In this document: one piece after another, positions 49,972-59,751 of the stretch
Layout: each line of letters begins with the position of its first letter
How positions within the stretch are numbered: the first letter of the stretch is position 1
Origin: Deltaproteobacteria bacterium
Lineage (GTDB): Bacteria; Myxococcota; XYA12-FULL-58-9
NCBI GenBank assembly: GCA_041309305.1
Contig: JBFYZW010000235.1
Span: 1 to 63,792, forward strand
Reading direction: 5' to 3'
DNA length: 63,792 bases
Translations under genes and position numbers: made by a program
The notes under the pieces: generated by a model
What the model was told of the DNA's origin: nothing
Database searches by the model: none
Seen by the model: only the letters and a program-made list of their open reading frames with translations

Positions 49972-51993
49972 ATGAGGTGGACCTCGTGTTGCGGGCACGC
50001 GGGTTCGGTGCGCCTCGTTGCCTTCGGCCTGGCGATTGCTGGCTGCACCGGGCGAACCGGATTGCGTGTCGACACCGGTGTCGGTCCGGCCGGCGACTCG
50101 GACGGCGCATCTTCTGCGGACGGGAGTGGGCTGATGCCGGCCACCGATCTGGTGTGGCTCGAGACGTCACCGCACACCGGTCCCAACGTCACCGCAGCGT
50201 GGACGCCGGCCCCCTCCGCGGCGCTCACCGGGCAGGTCTTTCAGCTCTACGCCGACGCCACCTGCACGACCGCTGTCCAGTCGCCCATCGCTCTGGGCGC
50301 CGGGGTCGGGTCGCGCGGGATCACGGTCACCGCCACCGGGTGGTACTCATACACCGTCGTGAGCCAGCTCGCCCCGAGCTTCGCGCTCGAGTCTGCCTGC
50401 TCCACCCCGATGCAGGTGATCGTGGGGCCACCCGCGCCGGGCGAGTTCGAGGCTACCCCCCTGACCATGACCGAGATCCGGTTGGACTGGCAGTCCGGGG
50501 GCGGCGCCACCGACACCTTCACGCTCGCCTATCAACCGCTGACCGAGCCGCCGGACTGCGCCACGGGCACCGTGGTCACAGGCCTGACCGGGACCACCGA
50601 TGTCCGCTCGGGCCTCGTGCCCGAGACCCTCTACGGCTTTCGCCTCTGCGCGGCCAACTCGGGGGGCAACCTCTCCGCCGGACTCACGGCCTCGGCGGCA
50701 ACGCTCGGCGACGGCGGCACCTGGACCTGGATCGACGGCCCCACGACCGACTTCTGGAGCGGCACGCCGCCATGCCCCTCGGGGCCGAACGAGCCGGCCG
50801 GGTACTACCCGTCGCCGCCTTCGGCGATCCCCCCCGCCGAGCCGCTTCGGCCCGGCGCGCGGCTCTACCACGTCTTCGTTCAGACCGACTCCGGACCGCT
50901 GCTCGTCGGCGGCGAGGGCTGCGGCGGCGGGTACTTCGACCCGGGGACGGGGCCCGTCCCGGTCGACTGGCGCTCGGTGCAGTCGGACGCCTGGCGTCGC
51001 AACACGACCACTGACACCTGGGAATTCGTCGGTGGTAGCCACGGCTTCGGGTTCACGCTGGGGTGGCCGGTGGCGAAGGGCAACGCAGCGCTGCTGCGGG
51101 GTCTGGATGGGAGCCTCTTCCTCTTCGGCGGGTTGACCGCGTCGTACCTCATGGATGCGCTGCACCGCTCCGACGACGACGGTGCGTCGTGGACCCTGAT
51201 CTGGGGCGCCGAGGACGGCAGCGGCTCCGCGGTCTGCGCCTCCTCCGGCTTCGATCCGGCCAATCGCATCAGCCGGCGCCGTGATCCGGCGCGGTGGGTC
51301 GACTCCGAGGGGACGTTCTGGTTCTACGGTGGCACGGGTGGTGGCGATCTCGCGGACCTGTGGCGCTTCGATCCGATCACGGCGCAGTGGGCCTGCATCG
51401 ACGGCGACGCGGTGCTCAACCAGCCGCAGACCGCGACGGATCCCGGCAGCTTCGCGGACGCCGCCTTTTGGACCGGCAAAGACGAGAACCTCTATCTCTT
51501 CGGCGGCGGGTCGGGGGCCGTCGGCGCGGGCTACAGCTCACTGTGGCGCTACTGCTTGACCGTGACCGAGCCCTGCTCGCCGGCCACCTGGCACACCTGG
51601 ACCCTCGTCAAAGGGAGCTGGGCGGGCAACCAACCCGGCACCTACGGCTCGCTCGGCGTGCCCGACGCGACCAACGTTCCGGGCTCCCGCGCCGAGTCGG
51701 TGTTCTGGATGGACGACGCCGGCCACTTCTGGCTGTTCGGGGGCGCGGGCTTCGACGAGGCGGGCGACAACGGCGGCCTGAACGACCTGTGGCGGTTCGA
51801 CGGCACGAATTGGACCTGGCTCGGTGGCAGCAAGGTGATCAACGACGCTGGCTCGCGCGGCGCCTTGAACGTGCCCGCCCCGACCAATCTCCCCGACAGC
51901 CGCATCGCTGCGGCTGCGGTGCGCCTCGAGGACGGCTCGGTCCTCATGTACGGCGGTGACGGCCACGGCGATCTGTGGCGCTGGACCCCTTGA
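49972..51993 (+). CDS. Lipoprotein with fibronectin type III domains and Kelch-type beta-propeller repeats
   Basis: 673 aa. Lipobox LAIAGC. FN3-like PGEFEATPLTMTEIRLDWQ. Kelch-like DLWRFDPITAQW, SLWRYCL and DLWRFDGTNWTWLGG. Confidence 0.8.
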   Translation: MRWTSCCGHAGSVRLVAFGLAIAGCTGRTGLRVDTGVGPAGDSDGASSADGSGLMPATDLVWLETSPHTGPNVTAAWTPAPSAALTGQVFQLYADATCTTAVQSPIALGAGVGSRGITVTATGWYSYTVVSQLAPSFALESACSTPMQVIVGPPAPGEFEATPLTMTEIRLDWQSGGGATDTFTLAYQPLTEPPDCATGTVVTGLTGTTDVRSGLVPETLYGFRLCAANSGGNLSAGLTASAATLGDGGTWTWIDGPTTDFWSGTPPCPSGPNEPAGYYPSPPSAIPPAEPLRPGARLYHVFVQTDSGPLLVGGEGCGGGYFDPGTGPVPVDWRSVQSDAWRRNTTTDTWEFVGGSHGFGFTLGWPVAKGNAALLRGLDGSLFLFGGLTASYLMDALHRSDDDGASWTLIWGAEDGSGSAVCASSGFDPANRISRRRDPARWVDSEGTFWFYGGTGGGDLADLWRFDPITAQWACIDGDAVLNQPQTATDPGSFADAAFWTGKDENLYLFGGGSGAVGAGYSSLWRYCLTVTEPCSPATWHTWTLVKGSWAGNQPGTYGSLGVPDATNVPGSRAESVFWMDDAGHFWLFGGAGFDEAGDNGGLNDLWRFDGTNWTWLGGSKVINDAGSRGALNVPAPTNLPDSRIAAAAVRLEDGSVLMYGGDGHGDLWRWTP

Positions 51994-52409
51994 GGCCGGT
52001 GCACCGACCGCACCAGCGCGCGACATTCACCTTCCCTCCGGTCCAGACGCGCGCGCTGCTGTTGTGGGGCACGCGCGATCCGGCGCTCAATGCACGACCA
52101 CCTACGGGCAGGTGCGCTTTCCGGACGACTCGCCGTTCCGTTTTCTCGTCTCCGCTCTGCCGCGCGAGACGATCGAGGTCATCCTCTTCTTCGTCACCGA
52201 GTCCGACGCCGGCCTCGACACCCGCATCCTCTGGTACGAGCCCGGCTGCTCGGACGTCTACACCTACTCGAGTGACGGCGAGAACCTGTTCGAGTTGGCG
52301 ATGGGACCGGCTGGGTCAGCTTCCGCCCCAGTAACGCGTCGCGTCAGCCCGGCGGTTGTCAGCGCACGTCGCGCCCCACATAATGGACGTTCCTTCGGGG
52401 GAGGGAGCC

Positions 52410-53033
52410 ATGGAACGTCGGCGACTCAAACGTCAGCCGCGCCGATTGTCTGTCAGCTTCGGCGAGGCTGAGCTCACCGGCAACGGCATCACCCGGGACG
52501 TCTCGGCCGACGGCGCCTTCATCATGGCCCAACGACCGCCGCCCATCGGCACCCGACTGCACCTGGCGGTCAACTACAACAAGAACCGCAAGCTCTTCTT
52601 CGAGGCGGTGGTTCGCCGGCATTGCTACGCCCCGCCCGAGCTGCGGCAGGTGCAGCAGAGCGGCTTCGCCGTGACCTTCCTCGGTCCGCGCGAGCTCGTC
52701 GAGGAGCTGACCCCGGCGGCGGCCGCCGCGCCGGTGTTGCGCCGCGAGCTCGGCGACCGGGCGGCGTTGGCCAGCTGCATGACACAGGAGATCGCGATGG
52801 GCGGAGTCTTCGTGCACACCGACACGGAGTACGCCGCCGGCACCCCGTTGCGGATCGAGCTCCGGCTCACCTTCCTCGAGCGGACCCTCTCCTTCCCCGC
52901 CCGCGTGGTGCAGGTCGTGCGCACGCCGGTGCGCGGCATCGCCGTCGTCTTCGACGACCCGGCGGCGGTCAGCGAGCGTCTGTCGGCCGCGCACGACACG
53001 TCGCCATTGCCCGAAGAGAAACTCCGCGCATAG
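52410..53033 (+). CDS. PilZ domain protein (two PilZ-like halves)
   Basis: 207 aa from the ATG at 52410, with GGGGAGGGAG upstream. RRRLKRQPRR...GITRDVSADGAFI fits RxxxR...D.S..G. The second half, QEIAMGGVFVHTD, is degenerate. Confidence 0.7.
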   Translation: MERRRLKRQPRRLSVSFGEAELTGNGITRDVSADGAFIMAQRPPPIGTRLHLAVNYNKNRKLFFEAVVRRHCYAPPELRQVQQSGFAVTFLGPRELVEELTPAAAAAPVLRRELGDRAALASCMTQEIAMGGVFVHTDTEYAAGTPLRIELRLTFLERTLSFPARVVQVVRTPVRGIAVVFDDPAAVSERLSAAHDTSPLPEEKLRA

Positions 53034-53193
53034 GGGCGGGTGATGCGCGCCCCGCGCCCGCTCCTCCGCACGGCTCGCCGGCCGCTGAGCTGGGCCGCCG
53101 CCGCCGCCGCCGCGACGGCCTTCGCCCTCGCGGTGGTCGAACCCGGCTCGTCGGGCCTGGGCGGCGGCGTGGCCACGGGCGGCTTCGCGCGCG

Positions 53194-53239
53194 GGAAAAC
53201 CGAAAACGGGGTGTACGCGAATCGCGCACCCCCGTTTAG
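53194..53239 (+). repeat. REP-like hairpin, copy 3 (short form)
   Basis: gggaaaaccgaAAACGGGGtgtaCGCGaatCGCGcaCCCCCGTTTag. Confidence 0.75.
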
Positions 53240-53283
53240 CTGGCGCTGGTGCCTGCCCGGCGGTGGCGGTGTATGGTGCGCGC

Positions 53284-54315
53284 ATGGCTGAGGCGGTCGC
53301 CCGGGCGAAAAAGCAGCCGCTAGAGCTGACGCTCGGCGATGAGGCGGAGTCAGCCTACCTGGCGCGCGCCAGCGCCGCGCTCGATGCCGCGCGCCTGAAC
53401 AACTTCTTTCCCGACCCGCGGCCTCTCGCCAGTCACCTCCGCTGCCTGGCGCCGGCCGTCCACGGCGGACTCTATCCCGGCCTGCCGCTGGACGTTCGCT
53501 CCGGGCTGCCCGCCTACCGCGCCTGGGCCCGCCTGCAGGCCGACCGCGAGGTGGCGGGGTCTTCGCTCGCGGGTCTTCCCCCGCGCGAGGTGCTGGTGGC
53601 GCGGGCGCGGCGCAGCGGAGCGACGATCCACGGCAAGCGTCTGCTCAAGTACGACTACTTCTCTGCACTGGCTGGCCAGCCGCCGGTGACGCTCAGCGCG
53701 CTGCGCATCGCCTTGCGCCGGGTCGTGCCGGAGAAGTCGACCGCCGAGTTCAGCATCGTCTTCGACAAGCTGGACCTGTGCGGCCTCTGGCTGCGCACGA
53801 CGATCGAGTTGGCTCAGCGCGACTCGTTCTGGAACCGACGCATGGTCGCCCTCACCGACGACAGCGCTGGACAGACCGAGGCCCTGCGGGCTCTGGTCTA
53901 CGCCGCCGCCGGCAACGAGGCGGAGTTGATCTTCGCTCAGTTGGCCGCCACCGAGGGGTTGCAGGTCGAGCGCGTGATCAAGGGGACGATCGGCCCGTTC
54001 TTCTGCGCCGGAGTGCGTGTCCCCGCGCCGTTGCAGCCGCTGGTCGAGGACAGTGCGGCGCTGATCGCCACCTTCGCGCTCGAACGGGTGGCCGTCGACC
54101 AGGCCACCGACGGCAACAACGACCCGCTCGCCGGCTCCTGGAGCGAGAGCCTCTCGCCGGAGGCGCGCCAGACCTACCTCGCCGCGCGGGCGCGTTGGGG
54201 TTACCGCGTCTTCAAGGATCGCAAGCTGGTGGCGCCACCGCAGTTGGCCGCGGCGCTGACTGCCTTCTGCCGGGCCAGCGGCACGCGCAATCTGATCTAC
54301 CCCCTGGCAGGGTAG
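53284..54315 (+). CDS. Hypothetical protein, first gene of the GHKL operon
   Basis: 343 aa from the ATG at 53284. No motif was recognised. It ends 6 nt before the next start. Confidence 0.6.
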   Translation: MAEAVARAKKQPLELTLGDEAESAYLARASAALDAARLNNFFPDPRPLASHLRCLAPAVHGGLYPGLPLDVRSGLPAYRAWARLQADREVAGSSLAGLPPREVLVARARRSGATIHGKRLLKYDYFSALAGQPPVTLSALRIALRRVVPEKSTAEFSIVFDKLDLCGLWLRTTIELAQRDSFWNRRMVALTDDSAGQTEALRALVYAAAGNEAELIFAQLAATEGLQVERVIKGTIGPFFCAGVRVPAPLQPLVEDSAALIATFALERVAVDQATDGNNDPLAGSWSESLSPEARQTYLAARARWGYRVFKDRKLVAPPQLAAALTAFCRASGTRNLIYPLAG

Positions 54316-54321
54316 GGACCG

Positions 54322-56067
54322 ATGAACGACGTGACCACGCCTGGCGCCGCCGACGCGCTCGATGCCCTGATCAGTCAGTTCAGCTCCCCGCTCGATTGTC
54401 TTCGCGAGCTGGTGCAGAACAGCATCGACGCCGGCAGTCCGCGCATCGACGTCTGGCTGAGCTACGAGCCGGCGGCCGATGGCGGTGGCACGATGCTCGT
54501 CCACGTCGACGATATCGGTGAGGGCATGGATGAGGCGATCATCGACCAACAGCTGACCACGCTGTATGCCTCGAGCAAGGCCGGTGACCTGACCAAGATC
54601 GGCAAGTTCGGCATCGGCTTCGTCTCGGTCTTCGCCCTGGCGCCGCGCGCCGTGCTGGTACAGACCGGCCGGGGCGGCGAGTACTGGGAGGTGTTCTTCG
54701 GCGAGGACCGCAGCTTCACGAAGTCCCGCCTGGAGGAGCCGGTGGAGGGCACCCGGGTGACCCTCTTCCTCGCCGGCGACGCCGCTCGCTACGCGACCCT
54801 GGTCGCTTCGTCGCGGGCGACCTTGCATCGCTGGTGTCGCCACTCGGACACCGAGATCACCTTCGCCGATCGCAGTGACCCGCGCGCCAGGACGCCGGCG
54901 CTGATCAACGAACCGTTCACCCTCGAGGCGGCGCTGGGCGTGCGCGTCGAGCTCGACGGAACCGAGATCCTGCTCGGCTACCGCCGAGCGCCCGAGTACG
55001 CCTTCTTCAACAAAGGGCTGACCCTGTTCGCCACCCGCGAGGCGGAGCTGGCCCTCGGCGCCCACGCCGAGCGCTTCGCGCACATCGGCTTCAAGCTCAA
55101 GTCGCGCTACCTCGAGCACACCCTCAGCCGAGAGACCATCCTCAAGGACCAGAACTACGACAAGGCCATCGCCCTGCTGCGCAGCGCCGCCGATCAGCGG
55201 CTGGCCACGGCCCTGGTCGAGGAGCTGGTGACTTTGGCGGCCCGGCCGGCGGTGGACCTGCCGGCGCAGCAACGTTGGGCCGAGCTGTGCGCCTACCTCG
55301 CCGACGAGCCGGACGCGGTCCTGCTCGCCGCCCGATCGCGGCCGGTGGTGCGCACCACCAACGGCCCGGCAATCTCGCTCGCCGAGCTGGAACGGTGCGG
55401 CCGGGGGGCGGGGCGGCTGTTCATCGCTGGCGAGCGCTCGCCGATGACCGACCGTCTCGCCGCAGACGGGGTCGCCGTCGTCTACGACCTGCGCGCGGCC
55501 GGCGCGATCGACTCCAGCCCGGTGCGCAAGCTGTTGATCCGCTACCTGGTGGCACAGCACCAGCGCTCCTTCGCCGGCCGGCTCGAGCAGGTGGTGCCGC
55601 TAAACCTGCGGGCACGGGTCGGTCGGCCGGGGGAATGGCGCAACCGGGATCGTCGGGCCTTCTACGCCGCCCAGCTGGTCGAGGTCGAGCAGGATTGGCT
55701 GACCATCGAGCCGCTCACCGAGGCCGGCCCGGCGACGCGGCTGGTGGCCGCTGCGGCTGGCCTGCTCGCCCGCGTCCAGGCGCCGGTGCGCGAGCTGCGG
55801 GCTTGCCGCCTCGTCGAGGCGACCGGCAGCGCGCCGCTGTTCTTGGTCGGGGACGGGCGGACGGCGCGACCGCTCGTCGCCGGCGGGGCCGTGAGCCGCG
55901 GGCCGGTGGTCGTCAACTGCACCCACCCGCACGTCGCGGCGCTCTCGCGCCTGCATCAGCAGCGGCCGGCGCTGGCGACCTATGTCCTGGCCAAGAACGT
56001 CTTGCTCCACGTCGATCGTGGCCTCGAGCTCGACCTCGCGTTGATTCGCGCCGCGGTGGAGGCCTAG
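54322..56067 (+). CDS. Hsp90-like GHKL ATPase domain protein (HATPase_c_3 / sacsin-type N-terminus)
   Basis: 581 aa. LRELVQNSIDAG is motif I (ExxxNxxDA). VDDIGEGMD is motif II (DxGxG). LTKIGKFGIGFVSVF is motif III (GxxGxG). The order and spacing match the Hsp90 N-domain. Confidence 0.8.
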   Translation: MNDVTTPGAADALDALISQFSSPLDCLRELVQNSIDAGSPRIDVWLSYEPAADGGGTMLVHVDDIGEGMDEAIIDQQLTTLYASSKAGDLTKIGKFGIGFVSVFALAPRAVLVQTGRGGEYWEVFFGEDRSFTKSRLEEPVEGTRVTLFLAGDAARYATLVASSRATLHRWCRHSDTEITFADRSDPRARTPALINEPFTLEAALGVRVELDGTEILLGYRRAPEYAFFNKGLTLFATREAELALGAHAERFAHIGFKLKSRYLEHTLSRETILKDQNYDKAIALLRSAADQRLATALVEELVTLAARPAVDLPAQQRWAELCAYLADEPDAVLLAARSRPVVRTTNGPAISLAELERCGRGAGRLFIAGERSPMTDRLAADGVAVVYDLRAAGAIDSSPVRKLLIRYLVAQHQRSFAGRLEQVVPLNLRARVGRPGEWRNRDRRAFYAAQLVEVEQDWLTIEPLTEAGPATRLVAAAAGLLARVQAPVRELRACRLVEATGSAPLFLVGDGRTARPLVAGGAVSRGPVVVNCTHPHVAALSRLHQQRPALATYVLAKNVLLHVDRGLELDLALIRAAVEA

Positions 56068-59000
56068 GTGTCGCACATCGACGAGGTCATCGCCCGCAGC
56101 CGGCGGGGCGCCGGCGGCGGTGGACGTCACACCTTTCAGCTGGCCCGCGCCCAGGCGATCACCAAGCTGCGCCAGTTCGCCCTCGCCGATCCCTCCTTCT
56201 ACGTCCTCGAGCTCATTCAAGCGGCCGCCGCCTGCCAGGCGGCCAACGTCAACATCGACTTCGATCGGCGGACCGCGCTGGTCGCCTGGTCCGGTCGAGC
56301 GCTGCGTCGCGAAGAGCTGGCTCACCTGTTCGACTACCTGTTCACGGCCAGGGATCGGCTGGAGGTCGCGCATCTGCGCGCTCTGGCGCTCGGCGTCAAC
56401 GCCCTGTTCGTCTTCGCGCCCGAGCAGGTGGTGATCGAATCGGGGGACGGCACGCGCGCCAACACCCACCGGGTGGTGATCGACGGCGACGCCGAGGTGG
56501 CGACCCTCGGCCCCGGCGCCGAGCCGTTGTCCGGCAGCTACGTCCTGGCCACCGGCCTGCGCCGCCGGCGCGCCGCCAACCTCGGCCTGGCGCCGGTCGG
56601 CGAGCAGGTGGCGATCGAGGACCGCTGTCTGTGCGCCACCGTGCCGATCCTGGTCAACGGCGAGGCGCCGTTCGGCTACAGCCGCCAGCGCGTGCCGCGC
56701 CTCTGGGGCTTCTCTCCTCAGGTGGAGATCGACGAAGGCGACCTGTACGGCAGCATCGGGGTGTGCCCGTGGGCCGAGCCGCTGCACTTCCGGCTGCTCA
56801 CTCACGGGGTGTGGATCGAGTCGGTGGAGTATCCGTTGATCCCGGGCGCCAAGCTCGGTGGCGTGGTCAGCTTCGACCGGCTGCGCAAAACCGCCGATCA
56901 CGGCGGCATCGTGCGCGACGACGTCTACGAGGAGCTGTGGATCCGTTTGCGACCGTACGCACAACAACTCGTCGGCGGCTTCGCCGTGCCGACCATCCGC
57001 GACGTCCGCCTGGCCTCGGGGGAGGCGATCCCGCCGCCGGCGCTGCGCGGTTGGCTTCAGGGGCAGCGTCGCGTGGTGCTCGCTGACCCCGACGCCGAGG
57101 AGGCGTCGCGGCAGGCGGCGGGGGCGGTGGCCGCAGCCCTGGCCGCGCCGTTGGTCACGGTGCCGGCCGCCGAGCGTCGGTCGCTGCACCTGTTGGCCGG
57201 GCCGCAGGTCGATCTGGTCGAGCCGACTGGCACCGCGGCCGAGGTGGCCTTCTATCGCCAGGCCGAGCTCGGCCCGCCCGCCGAGCCCTACCTCGCGCCG
57301 CCGCTGGCGCTGCCGCCGGTCCTGCTCGGTGATGCCGGTCCCAGCGCCGCGACCCTCGCTGCCGAGCTCGGGGCAGCGGTCAGGATCGAGGCCATGCTCT
57401 ATGTCCCGGCGGCGCCGCCGACGCCGTTCGACGGCGTCCTCGCGGAGGTGCTCGTCGCCGATCGGCTCGTCTGGGAGGGGGAGCTCCCCAGCGCCTTCGT
57501 CGGTCAACGGCTGCAGGTGCGGTTGACCAACGTCGCGGTGGCGCGGCTGCTGGACAGCGCTCCGCCTAGCACCGGTCGGGACCGGCGAGCCCGGGAGTTG
57601 GCCGAGTGGGTGCTGACGCGAGCCCGCGAGCAACAGGTCGCGCTGCACACCCGCACGGTCGAGACCTTGGCGGCGCCAGGGGCCGGCCTAGGCGAGGCCG
57701 CCCGCCGGCTGGCGTTGCGCCTGTTGTCCCGCAACGCCGTGGTGCGATTGCGCGGCGGAGAGGTCGGCGGCCCACCGCGGGTCAGCATCGCCTGGTTGAA
57801 TGCCGGCCCCGATCTGCTCGACGCGCCGTTGTTCGTCACCCTCGCCGGTGAGCGGTTGACCCCGCGCCAGCTGGTGGCGCAGATGGCGCGCACCCACGGG
57901 CTGGTCTACGGCGTCATCCCCGAGGTGCCGGCCGATCTCGTCGGCCTCGACCGACGGCTCATCCTCGCTCTCGACCAGCACAGCGAACGGAGCCTGACGA
58001 ACCTCGTCGGTGAGGCCGCCTATGTGCGCGTCGACGGGCGCGACCGGTTGGCCGAGCAGGCCGGGGTGCAGGTCCGCGATCTGGCCGTCGGCCTGCGCCG
58101 ATACCCGGCGTTCCCGCTATGGGTCGAAGGGGCGAACCCGAGTCGTTGGCCCGCCGCGCAACGTCGCGCTTGCCTGACAGCGTTGGTGCAGCAGCTCACC
58201 GACCGCTTCTTGGGCCGAGCACCGGCCCAGCCGAGCTCGCCCACCGCCTTCGTCACCTGGGAGGAGAACCGCCGCCAAGCCTGCCGGCACCTGCAGGCGT
58301 TCGCCGCCGCCGCGATGGCCTGTCCCGAGTTGGACGGCGTCGCCACGGTTCTCGACCTGCCGCTCTTCTTTGCCGACGACGGTGGGACCCTCACGCCCCG
58401 GCAGCTGGCGACCGCGTTCACCGTCGGGGCCCTTACCCTCGTCTACAGCGGGGCGTTGGCCGCGCGCGAGCTCGGCACGCTCGCCGCCGCCGCCGCGAGC
58501 GGCGCCGCACCGGCGCCGACGACGTCGACGCGGCTGGCCGCCAGCCCGTTCGTGGCCCACCTGCTCAGCCGCGTTGGGCGCGTGCGGGTCGCGTTCGACT
58601 TCGACGTCGACGACCGCGAAGGCGCGCCGGTGCCCGACGCCTCCGCGACCCCGTTGCTGGTCCAGGCCGACCTGTGTGACGAATGGGTCACAGGCAGCCT
58701 CGGGATCCCTCACCTCGTTCCCGCCGATCCCGCGATCGTCCTCGTCGACCCCGACGGCCACACGCGGCGCGTCCTGCCGGAGCCGGTCGGCCCCGGGGCC
58801 CTGGTCGGCTGCCTGCGCCTGCGCCGCGCGGAGAGCGGTGGCCCGTCCGTCGACCAGCTCGCGGCGGCGATCGACCGCACGCGTGAGCACCTGGTCGCCA
58901 AGGCCTTCGGCGCTCTCACTGAAGGCGCTGCGAGCGATCGCCGCCGGCTCGAGGAGCTCCTGCTCGCCTATGCGGGCGATCAGCTGCTGCTCAGCGCCGA

Positions 59001-59715
59001 TCCCTTCGGAGTGGTCACCGCATCGGTGCGCCGGCCGTTGGCCCTCGACATCCTCAACCTGCCGCTCTTCCCCGCCGGCGAGGCGCAGGCCGCCACCGGC
59101 TGGCGACTGGTGCGCGAGTTCGCCGCCTTAGGCAGCGCCGCCGCCGGCGGGCCCACCGCGTTGCGCCGTGTGCTTGCTCACACCACCGCCGCTCATCTCC
59201 GCAGCTGGCTGACCGCGACGTTGTCCGAGCGGCGGGTCAGCCGGCTGCCGAGCACCCGGTTTGGCGTCCCCGCCGACGAGCGGCGTGCCGTCGCCAACGC
59301 CGCGGCCTACCTCGAGCGGCTGAACACCTGGTGGACGCGCCTGTGCCGGCAGACAACCGCCGGTGGGCAGGGCCCGATCGTCGTCCTCGAGCTCAGTCCC
59401 GGGCCGCTCTCGGCAGTGGCGACGGAGTCGGGCAGCGACCCGGCGGCCCCTCTCGGGCGGCTCGACCTCGACCGCGGCGCACTGCTGCTCGATCGGTACC
59501 ATTGGTTGGTGCGCGAGGCCTTTGCCCACACCGACGACCTGGAGCGGCTCGGTTGGCTCCTGCTGGCCGCCTTCGCGCTGGTCAACGCGCGCCTGACCGC
59601 GGTGACCAACGACCAGGAGCTGCTCTTCCAACTGGCCGTGGCCCGGGCCATCGCTGATCCGCCCGGCTCGGTCACCAACGTCACCCTGCTGGGCAGTCCA
59701 CTCAACGGCGGTTGA
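56068..59715 (+). CDS. Large (1215 aa) protein with a degenerate GHKL/Hsp90-like N-terminal domain and a long Ala/Leu-rich helical remainder
   Basis: The GTG lies directly after the upstream TAG. YVLELIQAAAACQAANVNIDFD, WSGRALRREELAHLFDYLF and ALALGVNALFVFAPEQVVIES align by eye to motifs I-III of the preceding protein. The catalytic Asn, the DxGxG motif and the Gly loop are all replaced. Confidence 0.65.
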   Translation: MSHIDEVIARSRRGAGGGGRHTFQLARAQAITKLRQFALADPSFYVLELIQAAAACQAANVNIDFDRRTALVAWSGRALRREELAHLFDYLFTARDRLEVAHLRALALGVNALFVFAPEQVVIESGDGTRANTHRVVIDGDAEVATLGPGAEPLSGSYVLATGLRRRRAANLGLAPVGEQVAIEDRCLCATVPILVNGEAPFGYSRQRVPRLWGFSPQVEIDEGDLYGSIGVCPWAEPLHFRLLTHGVWIESVEYPLIPGAKLGGVVSFDRLRKTADHGGIVRDDVYEELWIRLRPYAQQLVGGFAVPTIRDVRLASGEAIPPPALRGWLQGQRRVVLADPDAEEASRQAAGAVAAALAAPLVTVPAAERRSLHLLAGPQVDLVEPTGTAAEVAFYRQAELGPPAEPYLAPPLALPPVLLGDAGPSAATLAAELGAAVRIEAMLYVPAAPPTPFDGVLAEVLVADRLVWEGELPSAFVGQRLQVRLTNVAVARLLDSAPPSTGRDRRARELAEWVLTRAREQQVALHTRTVETLAAPGAGLGEAARRLALRLLSRNAVVRLRGGEVGGPPRVSIAWLNAGPDLLDAPLFVTLAGERLTPRQLVAQMARTHGLVYGVIPEVPADLVGLDRRLILALDQHSERSLTNLVGEAAYVRVDGRDRLAEQAGVQVRDLAVGLRRYPAFPLWVEGANPSRWPAAQRRACLTALVQQLTDRFLGRAPAQPSSPTAFVTWEENRRQACRHLQAFAAAAMACPELDGVATVLDLPLFFADDGGTLTPRQLATAFTVGALTLVYSGALAARELGTLAAAAASGAAPAPTTSTRLAASPFVAHLLSRVGRVRVAFDFDVDDREGAPVPDASATPLLVQADLCDEWVTGSLGIPHLVPADPAIVLVDPDGHTRRVLPEPVGPGALVGCLRLRRAESGGPSVDQLAAAIDRTREHLVAKAFGALTEGAASDRRRLEELLLAYAGDQLLLSADPFGVVTASVRRPLALDILNLPLFPAGEAQAATGWRLVREFAALGSAAAGGPTALRRVLAHTTAAHLRSWLTATLSERRVSRLPSTRFGVPADERRAVANAAAYLERLNTWWTRLCRQTTAGGQGPIVVLELSPGPLSAVATESGSDPAAPLGRLDLDRGALLLDRYHWLVREAFAHTDDLERLGWLLLAAFALVNARLTAVTNDQELLFQLAVARAIADPPGSVTNVTLLGSPLNGG

Positions 59716-59733
59716 GGTAGCGAGAGACGCGAC

Positions 59734-59751
59734 GCCGGCGCGCGCGCCGGC
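59734..59751. terminator. Perfect GC palindrome between convergent genes (putative bidirectional stem-loop)
   Basis: GCCGGCG-CGCG-CGCCGGC forms a 7-bp stem. It lies in the 36-nt gap between the stops at 59715 (+) and 59752 (-). There is no U-tract. Confidence 0.35.

Noticed and set aside
53040-53291. 83-aa ORF between the PilZ gene and the GHKL operon.
   Set aside because: It is an Ala/Arg-rich low-complexity translation that spans the REP-like hairpin (53194-53239). It has no SD and is most likely non-coding.
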